Of a stretch of 60,054 nt of DNA, positions 1-13,369 are shown in pieces. A model generated the notes under the pieces. It had not been told where the DNA came from. It was given only the letters and a program-made list of their open reading frames with translations, and made no database searches. The DNA is from Catajapyx aquilonaris. Its lineage: Eukaryota. The stretch is from assembly GCA_000934665.2 (NCBI GenBank), contig KZ537989.1, forward strand, positions 124,001 through 184,054, written 5' to 3'. Each line of letters starts with the position of its first letter. Position 1 is the stretch's first letter. Position numbers and translations under genes: made by a program.

Positions 1-1506
1 GTCGCCGGAAACATCACTTATGCGTCGAAGAACATGGAAACTTCATTAGAGGGCTATAGGGATGTGTTTTATGCAAAATTAAAGCGCAGTGCTTGCTATC
101 TGCCGCCATAAATAGTGCGGGCACAAGGTAAACAGCCTGTTAACTAGGTGAAATTAAAATTGCGCCCGTGGCACTCGTCTAATTTGTATACAGTCTTCAA
201 ACAGGCCCTTTCGTTATACAACAATAATTTCCTTTGACGCCATTTATATGCACGCAGATATTTCCAGAGCTGCCAATGACATTTTCATGTTTCCGTACAC
301 ACAAACAGGCCAAAATGTTGCCCGAAACCCTTTTTGCCTATTTTCAGATCCGCGTCCTGGTTATCGATTCAGCATCGTTTTCATATAACACCGTAAACAA
401 CGTGTTTATCGAGGCTGACCTAGCTAGGTCCTAAGGGCATACCGCCACAGGATGTGTCGTAAGATGCTCTGAATTGGCACGTGGAGACTAACTTTGCATA
501 CGAAAAAGCGAGGGTCCGAGATAAGCCTTCAGAAATGGGGTGGAGTTCTTCTTCAGATATCTACCCACACCCTTTCGGTCACTCACCTCGTCATTGGGGT
601 CACCTCCAACTTAACGCCCCTTTTTTGTGACCACCGCTGCCAGAAATAGAACCCTACCAGACCATCAGTGACATGCGGCCAAAACTGCGCACAGTAACTC
701 GTACAATTACAGCCAACTGCGATCCACAGGAAATATTACGCGTTTCACACCAATTCCGAATTTTATGCCGTTGTCATTGGGCCACTTTGATGACTAATCG
801 GAGGCAGTTTCGAATACCCCCCCCGAACTGACACGGGGCTGAATTTAAATTTTATTGCATCCATTTTTCTCCGCCAATAATCTCCGGTCATCAATTCAAC
901 GCATGAATTACGACCATCCCGCTTATTACTATTGAAAGTACGACCGGTAACGAGTCATACACAGAAAAAGACCCGACCATTTGAATGTCCTCCCCATCCA
1001 GCTTGATATAAATGGAAACCACGACCCTAGCCGACATGGCCACCCACACCTCCCCCAACTAGTTACGTTTAATTTCCAATTTGCAAATATTTACCCACCC
1101 GACGCACGGCCAAGTTGCTGTGCATCCCATAACCAGCAAATTCTGATTCAGCAGAATGCGATTATACATATAGCCAGGTAAACAAAAACCGGTGGGCGGG
1201 GGAGTAGGGCCAGCATCATTCCAGCCCTGGTTAGCAAAAGGGCCTGCCAACTGAATTATTCAAGGGGGGGGGGGGCCTCCCACGAATGAGCGCTCCATTT
1301 ACTGTACACCTGACAAAATTCCATCAATTCAAATGGAATCACCATGGTTCCTTATGTACTGGCCACCTGTGCTCTCAAATAATGAACATGCCCCCGAAAG
1401 GCAGATAAATAAGTCAAGCCCTAATCTGACATTATGCGGATAGTCTGAATGTTTCAGTTGGTACGCCTGACCCGACCGATTTGCAGGGTTGGATATATTT
1501 ATTTGA

Positions 1507-2711
1507 TAGTTCGACCTCCCATCCACCAGAGGCGCTGCCTTTCCCATTGCGCAGGCGCACAACGGAGGCTAATCAGAAGTATCGGTCATACAACGACATA
1601 TTTTAATATTATAAATTTACTTCTTTAATTTTATTTATTGTACGAAGCGTATATATGGCTGTTTATAAGCCTTTCAAACTTGGCACCATTGCTGGATCTT
1701 TATTCCCCGTCTGTTCCTTCCTCCTCCGGGGCCTCCCGCCAGCCAAATATTTCGTCCCTTGTCGACTTAACTTCACCTTGTTCGCTCGGGCCCGCAATTG
1801 CCAAGAAAAGGCCGACTCCGGGCACTTTGCACTACACTACATCCACTCACTCCGTCTTTTCCACATCAATATTTCATTCCCCTTACTCTGCCGGTAACTA
1901 CCAGCACAACTTTCCTCCCATCAAATTACAGCATGCATAATGTTTCTGGCTAGGTGGCTAATGAAGGCCTGCATTCGGCCATGTAGGTCTAGGCCATATG
2001 TAACCTACACCATAAAAAAAAACCTGTGACATCACCATCCTGCTCAACGTCTCATTCATACCATTGCTCCTTCCTCAAAAGGGGCAGATTAGATAATTCC
2101 AACCATGCTACCCTCCTACACGTGCCCCCTATCTGAACATACTACCAACTAGCTAAAAAAGTGTGTGGGTACAAAAAAAACTAGCTCGGATTTCGACCTC
2201 TCTCTGATTGAATTTTCCTTCTTCCCGAAGGATTCAAGGAAGGTCCACTCGGATGGTTCGCAGTCTCCAATCTGGGCCTGTTTGGACGCAGGTCTCGNNN
2301 NNNNNNNNNNNNNNCCCCCCCCCCCCTCACCCTCTATATACCTTCTCCATCTGCACTTTCTAGCTTGCAATCACTGGGCTGAAAGTGGAGCTTGGAAAAG
2401 CCACTCAAAACTCAATTCCCACCTCCAATAATTCGGTCATATCCCCTCTAGTTACCTAGGACCGGGTCGATTTCGTGTGGGCCCGTCTTTCTCTCGTCAT
2501 ATTTCTGCCATTCAAATTTGATCAGACGCACCCTCCCTTGTCTCAGGCCCTGCATACCCACGGTAATTTGACCAGATAACGAGAACTGGTGTACTATCAT
2601 TATAATGATATTAGGACCGCCGTCTGACAAATATGTGCCCAAAATAATATTGCGTTCTGCGCTTGCGCAATGGGAGGTGACAGCGCCTCTGGTGGATGGC
2701 AGGAAGCACTA
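1507..2711. mobile_element. Putative non-autonomous DNA transposon/MITE-like unit bounded by ~58-bp imperfect inverted repeats (1507-1564 and 2653-2711)
   Basis: The reverse complement of 1507-1564 aligns with 2653-2711. There is a perfect 19-bp block CAGCGCCTCTGGTGGATGG (2681-2699 vs 1519-1537) and a perfect 12-bp block TGCGCAATGGGA (2664-2675 vs 1542-1553). Both outer ends read TAGT inward. No TSD or internal transposase is visible. Confidence 0.5.
2298..2314. other. Assembly gap (17 N) abutting a poly-C run
   Basis: Seen directly. Single Ns at 17030, 20796, 33742 and 59408 also lie in or beside G/C runs. Confidence 0.95.
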
Positions 2712-4093
2712 CTGTAGTTTTTTTCTTCAAATTTGGTACTGTACACTTAACAGCCATTTTTATTATGCATGTTACATTATTTATTAGCCCTAGCGTTCAA
2801 GCCTATTATAATAAACAGGGTGTTGCGCCCTCTCATTTCTGCGGAATACCACAGTAATTGAACCTGATCAAGACTCATCACACGTCAGGAGTCAACGCAT
2901 TTCCTCCATCCAACAGACCAAGTTTAAAAAATTGAACATCACGTTCCCATGTCATGAAAGCGTACCCAAATGATAGGAATCACTGAATGGATTATTCAAA
3001 CGGAGGCGGTATCCATTCATGCACTAAATATAAATGGCCATTCATCTATTCAAGTCCGGCTCAATACAAATAGTGACATTTTTTTTCCGGGTTAAACTTT
3101 CCTATATAGGAATTGCGTGTGTGTATAAACCAAGCCCATCATCCATATTCAACGGGGCAGGGTGGGCGTTAGTTGCCTCATTCTTTACAATTAAAAGTGA
3201 TTTGGGTTAGAACATAGCTGATAGGGGGCCTGCCTCCCCCCTCTAAACATTATTAGCCCCCCCTACTTTCGCACCCCTCCTTTTCCCTTTTGCCGCAGTG
3301 CCAAAAGTAAGATTGATTACTCCCAAACTCAGCTCGACAGGACTTTAGGCCCAGGCGGGGATTCGGTTAAAAGGCACCACCCACCCCTCCTCTAAATTTC
3401 TAAAGGTTTCTAGTCCTAAAAGAAGGGGACGCTAATTAGCATTTTGGGCACTTGTCGCCTTTTCCAGAAGTTGGCTGGATGAATAATTTTGATCCTCTTG
3501 GTAACACCTGCAGAGAGGCACGACAAAGAGGAATCCTCGAATTTCTCAGCCGTTGACAACAATCGGCCGCCAGCTGAGTCTATAGCAAGGAAAATAGAAT
3601 TATAGCACCTGCTTATCATTCCTGAATGCAAGGTATGTATCATGCCGCGTGTTTGCACAACCCTTGGCAAATTGGTGGTGGAGGGGCCTTGCTATATTAT
3701 AAATTTTGGGCCGAGCTGGAAGACGAGAAGACGTAATTTTCGAAATCGTGATTTCCCGCAATTGCATTACGCTTTCAACACGGTCTGGCTTGTCAACATC
3801 TGCATACTTAGTTCATAATGTCTGCCGCGCGGAATAATTTGCAATGTTGTTATAACTTCTGCTCCGATTTTTTCCCCCCCGACGTTCTGATAGGGAAAAG
3901 CTACAAAATGAAGTTTTTCACGTCCACGATCATTTCAATCGAAAATTACGTAATTACCGCCAAATTCAATTTTTTTAGCCCGTTGCGCTCGCTCCGGACT
4001 GTACAAAAAAACGGGGCTACAAAATCCAATTACAAGGACCGTGAAACAATGTTAAATGATTACAGCATTATTACCCATTCTTTTCATCCTTAC

Positions 4094-4184
4094 ACATTTT
4101 GGCTTAGAACTAGACGCATCATAAATTTCAAGAAATTCACGCGCTTTCTCTTCATCAGAGACGGAACCTTCCTCCAGTCTCTCT
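4094..4184 (-). CDS. Candidate internal exon of an unidentified gene: (R)ERLEEGSVSDEEKAREFLEIYDASSSKPKC
   Basis: Minus-strand acceptor CCCTTTTTGTCCTGCTCTTAG and donor TGT|GTAAGG. The frame is open (phase 2 to phase 0) and the peptide is acidic and helix-like. No homology confirmed. Confidence 0.3.
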
Positions 4185-5172
4185 CTAAGAGCAGGACAAA
4201 AAGGGGCCAACAAGGCTGGATTGAAGCCAGGCGGCAATTGCGGGGCCATTCTGGGCCCATCTAGGCTTGGATGACCGCCAAGAGAAACGTGAAGTCAAGA
4301 AAAGCCAGTCAAGATGGACCACCATGTGGCAAAAAAAAATAATCCACCCTGGAACATTCCGCTTATGTGATTCAACGATAACTGGTATGTGAGCTAAAAT
4401 ATTAGAAAATGATGAACTCGCTATTTCTCATCCTAAAACTGCTCCTTTAGTGTTCCTAAAATGACAAAAGGCCTCGACCTCCCTGAGAAACTCCCTTCAC
4501 AACCTCACATTCATCCCTCTCTCTGTGTCAAGATCCAAAAGCAACAGCCACGAGCACCAGGAACAAAAGGGAAGCCTTACCCTACCCTATATACACCATC
4601 CCCTTCTGACTCCTGGTTTATTCTCTTAATCTCAGATGAGGGAGAAAAGATGGCTGGGGATTGGAGAGTAAGGGGAGATAACCACGGTTATGAATGTCAA
4701 GTGGCTTGAACACTTCTCTTCTCAACCTCCCCACAAGCTATGATGAAAAAAAAAGGAAGCCTGAAGGCGCCCACAACAGATTCGGAGCCTAGAAATCTTC
4801 ATTCGGAAGGCATATGCCACCAATTCCGTTCGGAAGGTTGACAGCAATGGGAATTATTGCTGGCGTGAACGAAGTAGCAGGTGCGGAAATCACATTTGTT
4901 TCTGCCATACTATTTTTTTTCCTAGACAGAAGAGACGCCTAGAAGTATATACCGTATAGGCGTGTCCGGACTACAACACGCACACTTTCAAATTAAAACC
5001 GCACCTGCCTAGTACAGCCCTAGTTTTTTTTTTGTAGAAAACCCCTACCGTGACTTATATCTTCTTTGAACCTTATTTTTTTCTCCTGACAACAACAGCG
5101 AACGTATCTCACTGAAAATATCGCAAAATGCTGGCATTGTAATTTTCCACTGTGCTGCTGTTGGAGACATAC

Positions 5173-5287
5173 CTGCTAACTACTTTTTCGGGCGAATTTT
5201 TTTTTGCGCATTTGAGCGTGTGAATTTTCCAGCTCTGTCGGCATGGCGGAATTGAGTGTGCATTTTCCTTGTCCGGCGGTCCAGAAA
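5173..5287 (-). other. Candidate exon (coding or UTR)
   Basis: Acceptor ATTCTTTCAG and donor CAG|GTATGT. One frame is open and ends in phase 2, compatible with 4094-4184. Splice signals only. Confidence 0.2.
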
Positions 5288-5819
5288 CTGAAAGAATATG
5301 CACTTGAACAGTGTGACAAATGCGACTTGAGAGGAAGCGTCTCCATCAGGGCAGCTGCCAACAAACGCAGAGTCAGCCCCGGTGGGGGACCATCGTCCTC
5401 TTTTCCTTCCGTCTTTTCTTCAATAAAAAAGCGACGACGCCGACGTCATCAAGAGCGCGCCTAATCGTCAATGGAGAGCAAAAAACAAAAAAAAAGTGTG
5501 GTTCAAGAGACACTTTCTAGTTATATAATGTCGGGCAGACCCGACCGCAAGCCCAACTTTCGCTGCAACAGCAGCCGAAATGTTCCCAAATGCCTATTTG
5601 GCATTATTCCTATTGCGAGAAATGTCAGTTCCAATCTTCTAAGACGGAGAGCGAAAACTTGCTGGAAAGAAGGCCTGGACTGCCAATCCGATTCCGTATT
5701 AGTCCCATTACCGCCAAGGCACGCGCATCTCGAGTCGCATTAGCGGTCAATATTTGTATCAATGTAGATCTTGCTACTATAGCAGGAACGAGAAAAATGT
5801 CTCCAACAGGGACATTTTT

Positions 5820-5841
5820 TGTGTGTGTGTATGTGTGTGTG
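5820..5841. repeat. (TG)n microsatellite, interrupted
   Basis: tgtgtgtgtgtatgtgtgtgtg seen directly. Confidence 0.8.
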
Positions 5842-6314
5842 CGAGCGCGCGATTTTTTTGAGGGGTTGTGACGTATACCGCAATTAGCATTGATTTATTG
5901 ACACTTTATTTTCATTGCAATTATGGCATACTCTGCGGTACGTACTTCAATTGAACAGGTGGATCCCAAAAGCCAGTTATCGGCATTTGGATTCAAGTAG
6001 GGCTTATCGGCAAGTATGGCTGACACCCCTGGGGGTTCTGCTGCCTGTACTTTCACCAACTGCCAATAACGGCTTTTGGGATATGCATATTCAATTAATA
6101 TGCACACTGTGGTATTTCATAAAAAATGCAGAATTAATTATTATGTTTTCGACTCTACTGAAATAGTACCAGCTGCACTGGTGTAGTCAGGCCGCATTTG
6201 GCTCTTAAAATCTCAACAACCCATAGCTTATGACGTGATAGTAAACACTGTTTATTCAGTAGCCGCCACCAGGGATGCCACGAGGTTGTTTACAAAGCTC
6301 CAGACTCGCTCCCC

Positions 6315-6351
6315 GCATCCACGCCATCTCCTGGCAATACTCTCAACTCGC
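6315..6351 (-). promoter_or_regulatory. Dispersed extended CTCF-like motif, copy 1
   Basis: Minus strand GCGAGTTGAGAGTATTGCCAGGAGATGGCGTGGATGC, 33/37 identical to 27218-27254. The 3' half resembles the CTCF core (CCASYAGRKGGCRS). Confidence 0.6.
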
Positions 6352-6402
6352 AAACAACTCCATCTAGCTGAATCGTGTGCAGCACCACCAAGGCCTACTT
6401 AC

Positions 6403-6451
6403 CGTTCGAGATTTGAAGATTCCATCATCATAATACGACACCCTGGGTCGC
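6403..6451 (-). other. Candidate 49-bp micro-exon
   Basis: Strong acceptor CCTTTTTTTTAAATTTCCAG and consensus donor ACG|GTAAGT. Two frames are open (RPRVSYYDDGIFKSRT or ...MMMESSNLE). Splice signals only. Confidence 0.25.
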
Positions 6452-9400
6452 CTGGAAATTTAAAAAAAAGGATCACGTTAGTTACCATCGAGAACCGGTC
6501 ATAAAATACACCCATAACTACTCCCCGCTTTCCCCCTCTGAAAAGTGTCAAACTGCATCCGAATGGCCACAATGGCACCTGATATTCCTCGCCATTCGCG
6601 TCGCAGAATGAGCCTGACGAAAAGCCGTTTCCAATGGAACTCCCCCTGCTCTATGCACGCACTTTGAAAAGACCTGGTAGGGGAGGGCGGGGGAGGGTTT
6701 TTTTTTTTTTTGATCCGAAAAGTTACTACCGGGGAGGAGTAGAGAGGGGAACTGGGATTTTCCAATCATTTCCCAGCCGGTGGAAAAGGGAAGTCAAATT
6801 AGCAAACATTTCGCACTCGGAATTGGGGGATAGGAACAATGCGTCCGTTTTCACTAAAGTTGGTCCTAGTACCGGCTGGGAGTAGGGAGAACCGTACAGT
6901 ACTTTTTATCCTGAGGGGTTAGACTGAAACAAAAAAGTTAACAGAGGTAAACTTTTCAGAGCTTCATCGAATTCCACCATGTCAGCTCAGGATGGTCGGA
7001 CAAAGTCCACCCGCCCATTTAAAGGCCACTTCTAAGGGCTTAAGTTCCAAATTTAGGCCCGAATTAAAATCGGTCATTGATTCCGGTCCCTAAAACCGAA
7101 ACAGCAAGCCCAAAAGGAAGACACTGCTAATTGGACAGTTGAAGGATCGGTGCAGAGGGGAGGACAAATAGCGCTTATGGGGCATCACCTCCGATCAACC
7201 CCTCGGAGAAAGGTCTTTATTGGAGCCTGCTGCCGTCCATCACCTGCCAATCCTCCACTTATAGAGGGGTGGAGAAGAAGCTTGTGTCACCACTCGACCG
7301 GCTGTTGTTTGTCGGTGGTGCGTATCGGACTATAGACCAGTTGCAACACGTGAACCTCGCACAAATTAATGACAAACATGGTGCTTGCAGCGAGAGAGGT
7401 AATGAGCTTTGCGCTTTTGGGCTCGTTATAGGGCCTGTAGCATGTATGCCTGTCACAAGTGCGCTACGCAATTTTTTTGGGGGTGATATTATATGGGGTG
7501 GGATTGATTAGGCATCGCTTATTACGTCCTGTATAATGTCGTTTCCATCTGACACGCATTTTATGACCGGCTTTGACCTGGCGTATCTGCTGATCCCTGC
7601 CAAATAATCCGCCAATCTATGAGAGGCTCTATGGAGAGATAGACCCGAAAGGGCAACTGGGCATAACCTAAATGGTCGACCACTTCAGAAGTGTCAGGAT
7701 ATGTCAATCCAGTCGATCCTGGTGTTGGACGTATTAATTATGGGCGGCTATTATTTCCAGGAAATCTCACATGTGCAATTATTGGAAAGTGCAATATTGC
7801 CCAATGGATTTTTACACGAGCAATTAAATCGGATGTGGGAGGGTTATTTACGTAATTTCAAACCATTTGGTCAATCGTAACCTCTGCAACGTAATTACAC
7901 AGACCAATACCCGTGCAGCATGTCATAAAGGACTAAAAGGTATAGTGTATTGCAGTTAACGATTTGGCCACATTTCAATCAAATTTCAGATAAATACTAT
8001 ACTGCCTGCCGAAAGTACTGGGGTGCGGTTTTTTCAAATCCCCCACATCCTCCCAAATATATAGTGCCGAAAGGATTACCATATTTTTTCCCTCGCTGTT
8101 CAATTTTATCAAAAGCCATTAATTACATAGCAATATAATACTTGGGGCAATATAAGACCCTACATGCCGCACCCTATTGCACTATTCATTCCTCATTGCG
8201 CCAAGCTCATTTTGGAATGTATGGTATTCCTATAAGCTTAAATTAAATTTACTCGTCAAACACGGAAGTACATGCCGGTGATATAATTGAAATTCATAAT
8301 GTATAAGTGCATATATTTTTCATACTCAAATTCTGGGGTGAACGGATGTTATTTTTGTATGGACGACATGAAAATGTCATCTTTCTCGTTACGATGCAAA
8401 TCACAAGATTGCATCTGCTGGACATTGTTCAGTTTCTAAATCATTTCTAATGCCCATCAGTAACATTTACAGCGTCCGTCAATTCGGGTCATTTTATAGT
8501 CCCTTTCCATCAGACAACGTCCCAAATAGAGCCCTCCTAGCAAAAGTTAGGATTGCCCAGTTGTCAAACATTTATGGCTCGTATTGATTTAACAACGCCT
8601 GCTGTTTAATCTATCAATGCAGTTATGGGTTCGCCTGTGAACTCTTCCCATACCCACACGTTCGTTGGCCCCAACAGGACAAGGAAAACATAACCAAACG
8701 CAAACAATCCGCTCGTCTCCTTTTCCATGCCATTTTGCAGATCAACACCACGGTCGGCACTGCTTTGTGTGTCCCCAACTGTCCACCCCCCTCCCAACCC
8801 TAGAGGCCAACTGATATCTATACCACCACAATGGCCACTGATGCTGGAGGGGGGGTTTGGATGGAAACGAAAAGTGCGGGAGGTTCAGGTTGGAAAAGGA
8901 CACTCCTCGTCCACCCCTCCGGGGTCCAGCACGCTTTACACGAAAATCCCATCTGTGTATATGGGAGGGGATGGAGAAGCGGGGAGGGTGCGGAAACAAG
9001 TGGTGACCAACAAGCGCCATAGGGCATTCGACAGATAGACCATACACAAAAATGCATGAATATATGAATGCGATGCCTGCTAAAACTGACGACTTTTGAG
9101 GGGTATAAAGGGGCTTCTAGCAAGCAGACACTTTGCTGGCAGACCAAGCGCTCTATTGATTTTCACTTGGCCCGGCCTGCATATTTCAATCATAAGCAAT
9201 CCTAAACGGGCCTAGGCAATCTCTCTTTTGTTTCTAGTACAGAAGAGGTCAAGTCAAAATTTGGTTAGATTCAGTCTGAAACATTGTGAGGCTGACAAAT
9301 GACAGTTGGTATTCACCTTTGGCTACGTATAAATTTTTATCAAACGATCCCTAAGCGCAGGAATGATTTTTTTTTACGCAAGATTAATATCGCTCTGCCA

Positions 9401-12400
9401 GAGACTGGAGTACCTTTTCATCTACTGGAATTTATTACACAAACAGAATGCGACCCTCTGGAATTAGGTTCGGAAATGGCTGGACTGCCATAGAAATGCA
9501 GGCTCGCGCTACATGAATTGTTAATCTGCTGCTGTAAATTACCTTTTCAGTTACATCACACGGACAAAGGCTATGACAATTGCGAGGACACATTTTTTCC
9601 GAGCCAGTTCCGCCTAAAAGAGTCGCTAAGTTGGTTCAACCTGTTCTGTACGCAACTTTTCCCACCAGATTCGGTATGCAAATGTTGCACTGCACACTGT
9701 ATGGATTTTCTACCTGCGTTTTAAGTACCGGTACGTAATTGAACGGATTTATATATTTCCAAGCCATTGATCCATAATGCTTTTGATTACACTTATGCAT
9801 TTTTTTTGCCAGAGTATCCAACAATGCAACGTATTTCCAAAAGACAAGTAATAACGACTAGTCTGAAAATTTAATTAGGGCCGCCCGTTTTCAACAGGCT
9901 TTGTTCCTTTCTGGAGAGTTGACAGCAGCCCCTGAAATGCCCAGCAACCGTCCCTAATGTCAATGGGGCCAAGTGCACGCATGAGGAATTGCTATCTTAA
10001 TTAAGGCTATCAAAAAAAAATCCCACTCCCACCCCCGCTCCGAACCACCCATCCACCCTCCTCTGGTGATGAATGGGGAACACGAGAAACACAGCCAGAG
10101 AGGAAATATTCAAATTCGGTCCAGATTCTCCCAGTTTTCTCTGGGAAAGCTAGGAATGGGTGTGCCTGGAATACTCATACCGCCTTCCGCAACTGTTGAC
10201 TCAAGATTCTCAAGTTGCCCTTCCAAGGACTAAATCTGACAGTTTCTTCCACTACGACCTGACCTATATGTACCACGACCAAAAAGACGGAGACGACATG
10301 GAGAGTTCGCTAAAATGCCCAGAGATGTCACAGTCTTCCATATTTTTTATTACGATAGTACAGCCCTGACAAAAGAGCTCAAATCACGATTCCATATGCA
10401 TATAGAGCAAGATAAACAGTAACCATCCTGCACTGACAAATGGACCTTCCCTGTTACAACTCGTGACGTTATCGCTCTCTAAACCTAGAGAAACGCACCA
10501 GAAACCGGTGACTGCTCCTTCTTCATTCCTTTTTTTTTTGTTTTTTAACCCCCCCTCTTTTGAGTACCGCACTATCAAACCGATTAGATCTCCCAGACCT
10601 AGCGGTCTGTAAATAAACACGCGACTGGACGTCTGTTTGTCCCAATAGAGTGCATGCTGCGGGGTCATAAATCCTGGCCTATCTTCCGAATTAGCGATCC
10701 CTTTAGCAAGCCCAACGGAGTGATACACAACTCGCTTCACTTGTCCCAACTTGGATGACACTCGCACAAAAGCCCGTCTGGACAAAATCGAGAGAAAAAA
10801 AAGAGGACAGGACCTTTAAAAAGAAAGAAAAAAAGGATATGGCGAACAGGACATCTGTAATGGCCGGCTGGCGTCCTCTGGGCCTCTTTGGACTGTCCCC
10901 TTTCCTTTTTCTTTTCTCCACGACGTCCACGATCCGACAGGACAAATTGCGGTCCCATTACGGATTTCCATAACTGCGGCGTCCTCTCCAGACCTGGCCC
11001 TGCTGACAGGGGGTAGCCAGGTCGTGAAAAGAGAAGTCTCCCCCAACGGAGGGGACGCTAACCGACGCCATGACACTTGGACAATGGATTAGATCCGACC
11101 AGTCCTTTTACCCGTTTTGTAGACGTCTTTGAGGGAAGTGTATGTGGAAAAAAATTAGTTTTTTACAACTTGCGATTTTTTATGGGTTCTACGGTACCGC
11201 GTTTGGTGTGAGTGCAGCTGATGGGGAATTGCGAAGCGGAGTTCAGAAGTTGGGGAGCAACTTAGCGCCTCGCAAATCAGCTGCAGCATAATGTCAAAAC
11301 CATTCGGAAATTTCGGGAGGTAAAATGGCCTCCAGGAACATGCGGAAGGAACGATGTGCATTCACTGGGGGGGAGCTGGAGAAGAAGGGTGGGTTACACT
11401 ATAGGGTTATATCTAACTCGCGTGTATTGTTGTGCCTTCAGGTTCGAGAACCTATGTTACGTTTCTCGTTACTTCGTAGAATGTTGTAGCTATAATATCG
11501 ATATTTTCGCAATTTCTACTGGACGTCCAGCATGATTCACTGCACATATGCCCTGTTTTGTATGTATAGCTAAACAGAATGTTGCATAGTGTTCACTTTT
11601 GCTCAGTCAAACAAATGATGTTACATGATTTAATCTGTGTTTACCTAACTATGTAAAGCTACCATGTGCGTATAGATAATGGAGGCGCCCCCTCAAGGGT
11701 CTGTATTTCCCTAATGGGCTCTATAATAAATAAATACCGCTATATGGTGTTGTTCAGCTCGATGTCACTGCGACACGTACTGTACGGATGAAAATAATTG
11801 CGTAGTCTGTACATATGACGTTCCCTTTATATGTTAAACTTTAATCCGCAAAATGCAGGCAACATGGTCGCATCTAATCCCTACAGAACTCTATACCCGC
11901 TATATGTCTCTTCTAATTAATATTCCATCTTCTTGAATACAGCTCTCTCATAGACTCCACGGATGTTTGCTGTCAAACTCCAGCTCTACTTAAGCACTAC
12001 TGGTTGACATCATCTCCTCCTTTTGCTGCAGCAGCAAGGATTGAAAGAGCACCCAGGCTTCTAAGACTTATAAGAAAAACAGCATCTAGTTGATGTCATC
12101 CGGCCTGACAGGTCGCTTTCCCTCCGTGGTAATTGCCCGGATGAACCCTTCTTCTAATTGCCTGATCACCCATCTAGTCTGAAGAGCACCCCAAGTTCAG
12201 GAGAGGAAATGGGATGAAAAGAGACCCTTCTGAAGTACAGAAGCAGATAGACGGATGGCGGTTGGACCATCTGCTGCCTCTCCACCGCCATTGACCGCCT
12301 TCGATTTTGTGATTTGTCTCCAATCTTCCTCTTCTTATTCCCATAGCCCTAGCTAGCAGCAGTCCACCTCGCTCACAGCGAGAAAAGTAAAAGAAAAAAG

Positions 12401-13369
12401 AGAGAGAAAGATGGAAAAATGAGTTCTATCTTTTTTCTGTATAGTGGGGACTTGATCTCTCGCATGCCCCGCACTCCAGATGAAGGGTTGAAAGCTCGCC
12501 TCGTCCATTGAAAACTTCCATCCCTGGGCCATTTCCATTGTGCCCCGCAATCAATATGAAAACTGGAGCGAAGGAGATTGTTATCAAAAATTTACTTCTC
12601 GAAAGGGAAGGATTCACGGTGGGCGTCGGCCTCCATAATTTAGGCTCTGGCGCGGGTAATAAACATCCATTTCCTTCCCGTTATGGCCAATCGAGGATGC
12701 AGGGTTGCCGGATGGGGGCCGGCCACACTTCATGCAACACTGTCAACCAGGGATGTTTATAATCCCCTCGCTCTAACAGTAAGCCTAGCCGAAGTTCAGC
12801 ACAGCTTTGTATAAATATATAAGTAAATACATAAATAGCACAAACAGTAGTTGTGCAATGTCACCTCAAACGAGTTAGAACTTCTGAAGCACACGACATA
12901 TACGAGAAAAGCATCAGTAGATGAGGTATATACCCAGTGAGAGGCCTGAAGCACTGTAAGTTCAAGAGTACTTGACTGCGCGAGTTATTCAAAGGAGTGG
13001 ATAACAACTCACGATTATTGCACACGCGGACTAGTTCACAACCACTCTAAACAGTCTAAAGTAATAGAATCCGAAGGCACTCCTGGCAAACATTCCCGGA
13101 GCATCATAACCGCTCTCGCCTACACCACATCAGCCTGGAAGTCGGGCTGAGTAGCAAAGCAAGGAAGGTGGCCAGGTTACATGCCTGGTCAGGATAAATC
13201 GCTGGCATTCCCCGGCTGGTAAATTCAGGAATGAAAATGTAGGAATTAACCAGAAGAATGGAGCCAATACTGCGATGGATATCATAATTAGAAAATGAAA
13301 ATTGATATTGGTACGCTGTGTCAGCCAGCAAACAAGGTTGTTTACCGAGTAGAGATAACTAGCAGAGTG

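Noticed and set aside
4528..4599. Signal-peptide-like string ASLLFLVLVAVAFGS upstream of the 4.1-kb candidate exon
   Set aside because: It is bracketed by in-frame TAG and TGA stops with no usable donor, and probably reflects translation of a T-rich tract.
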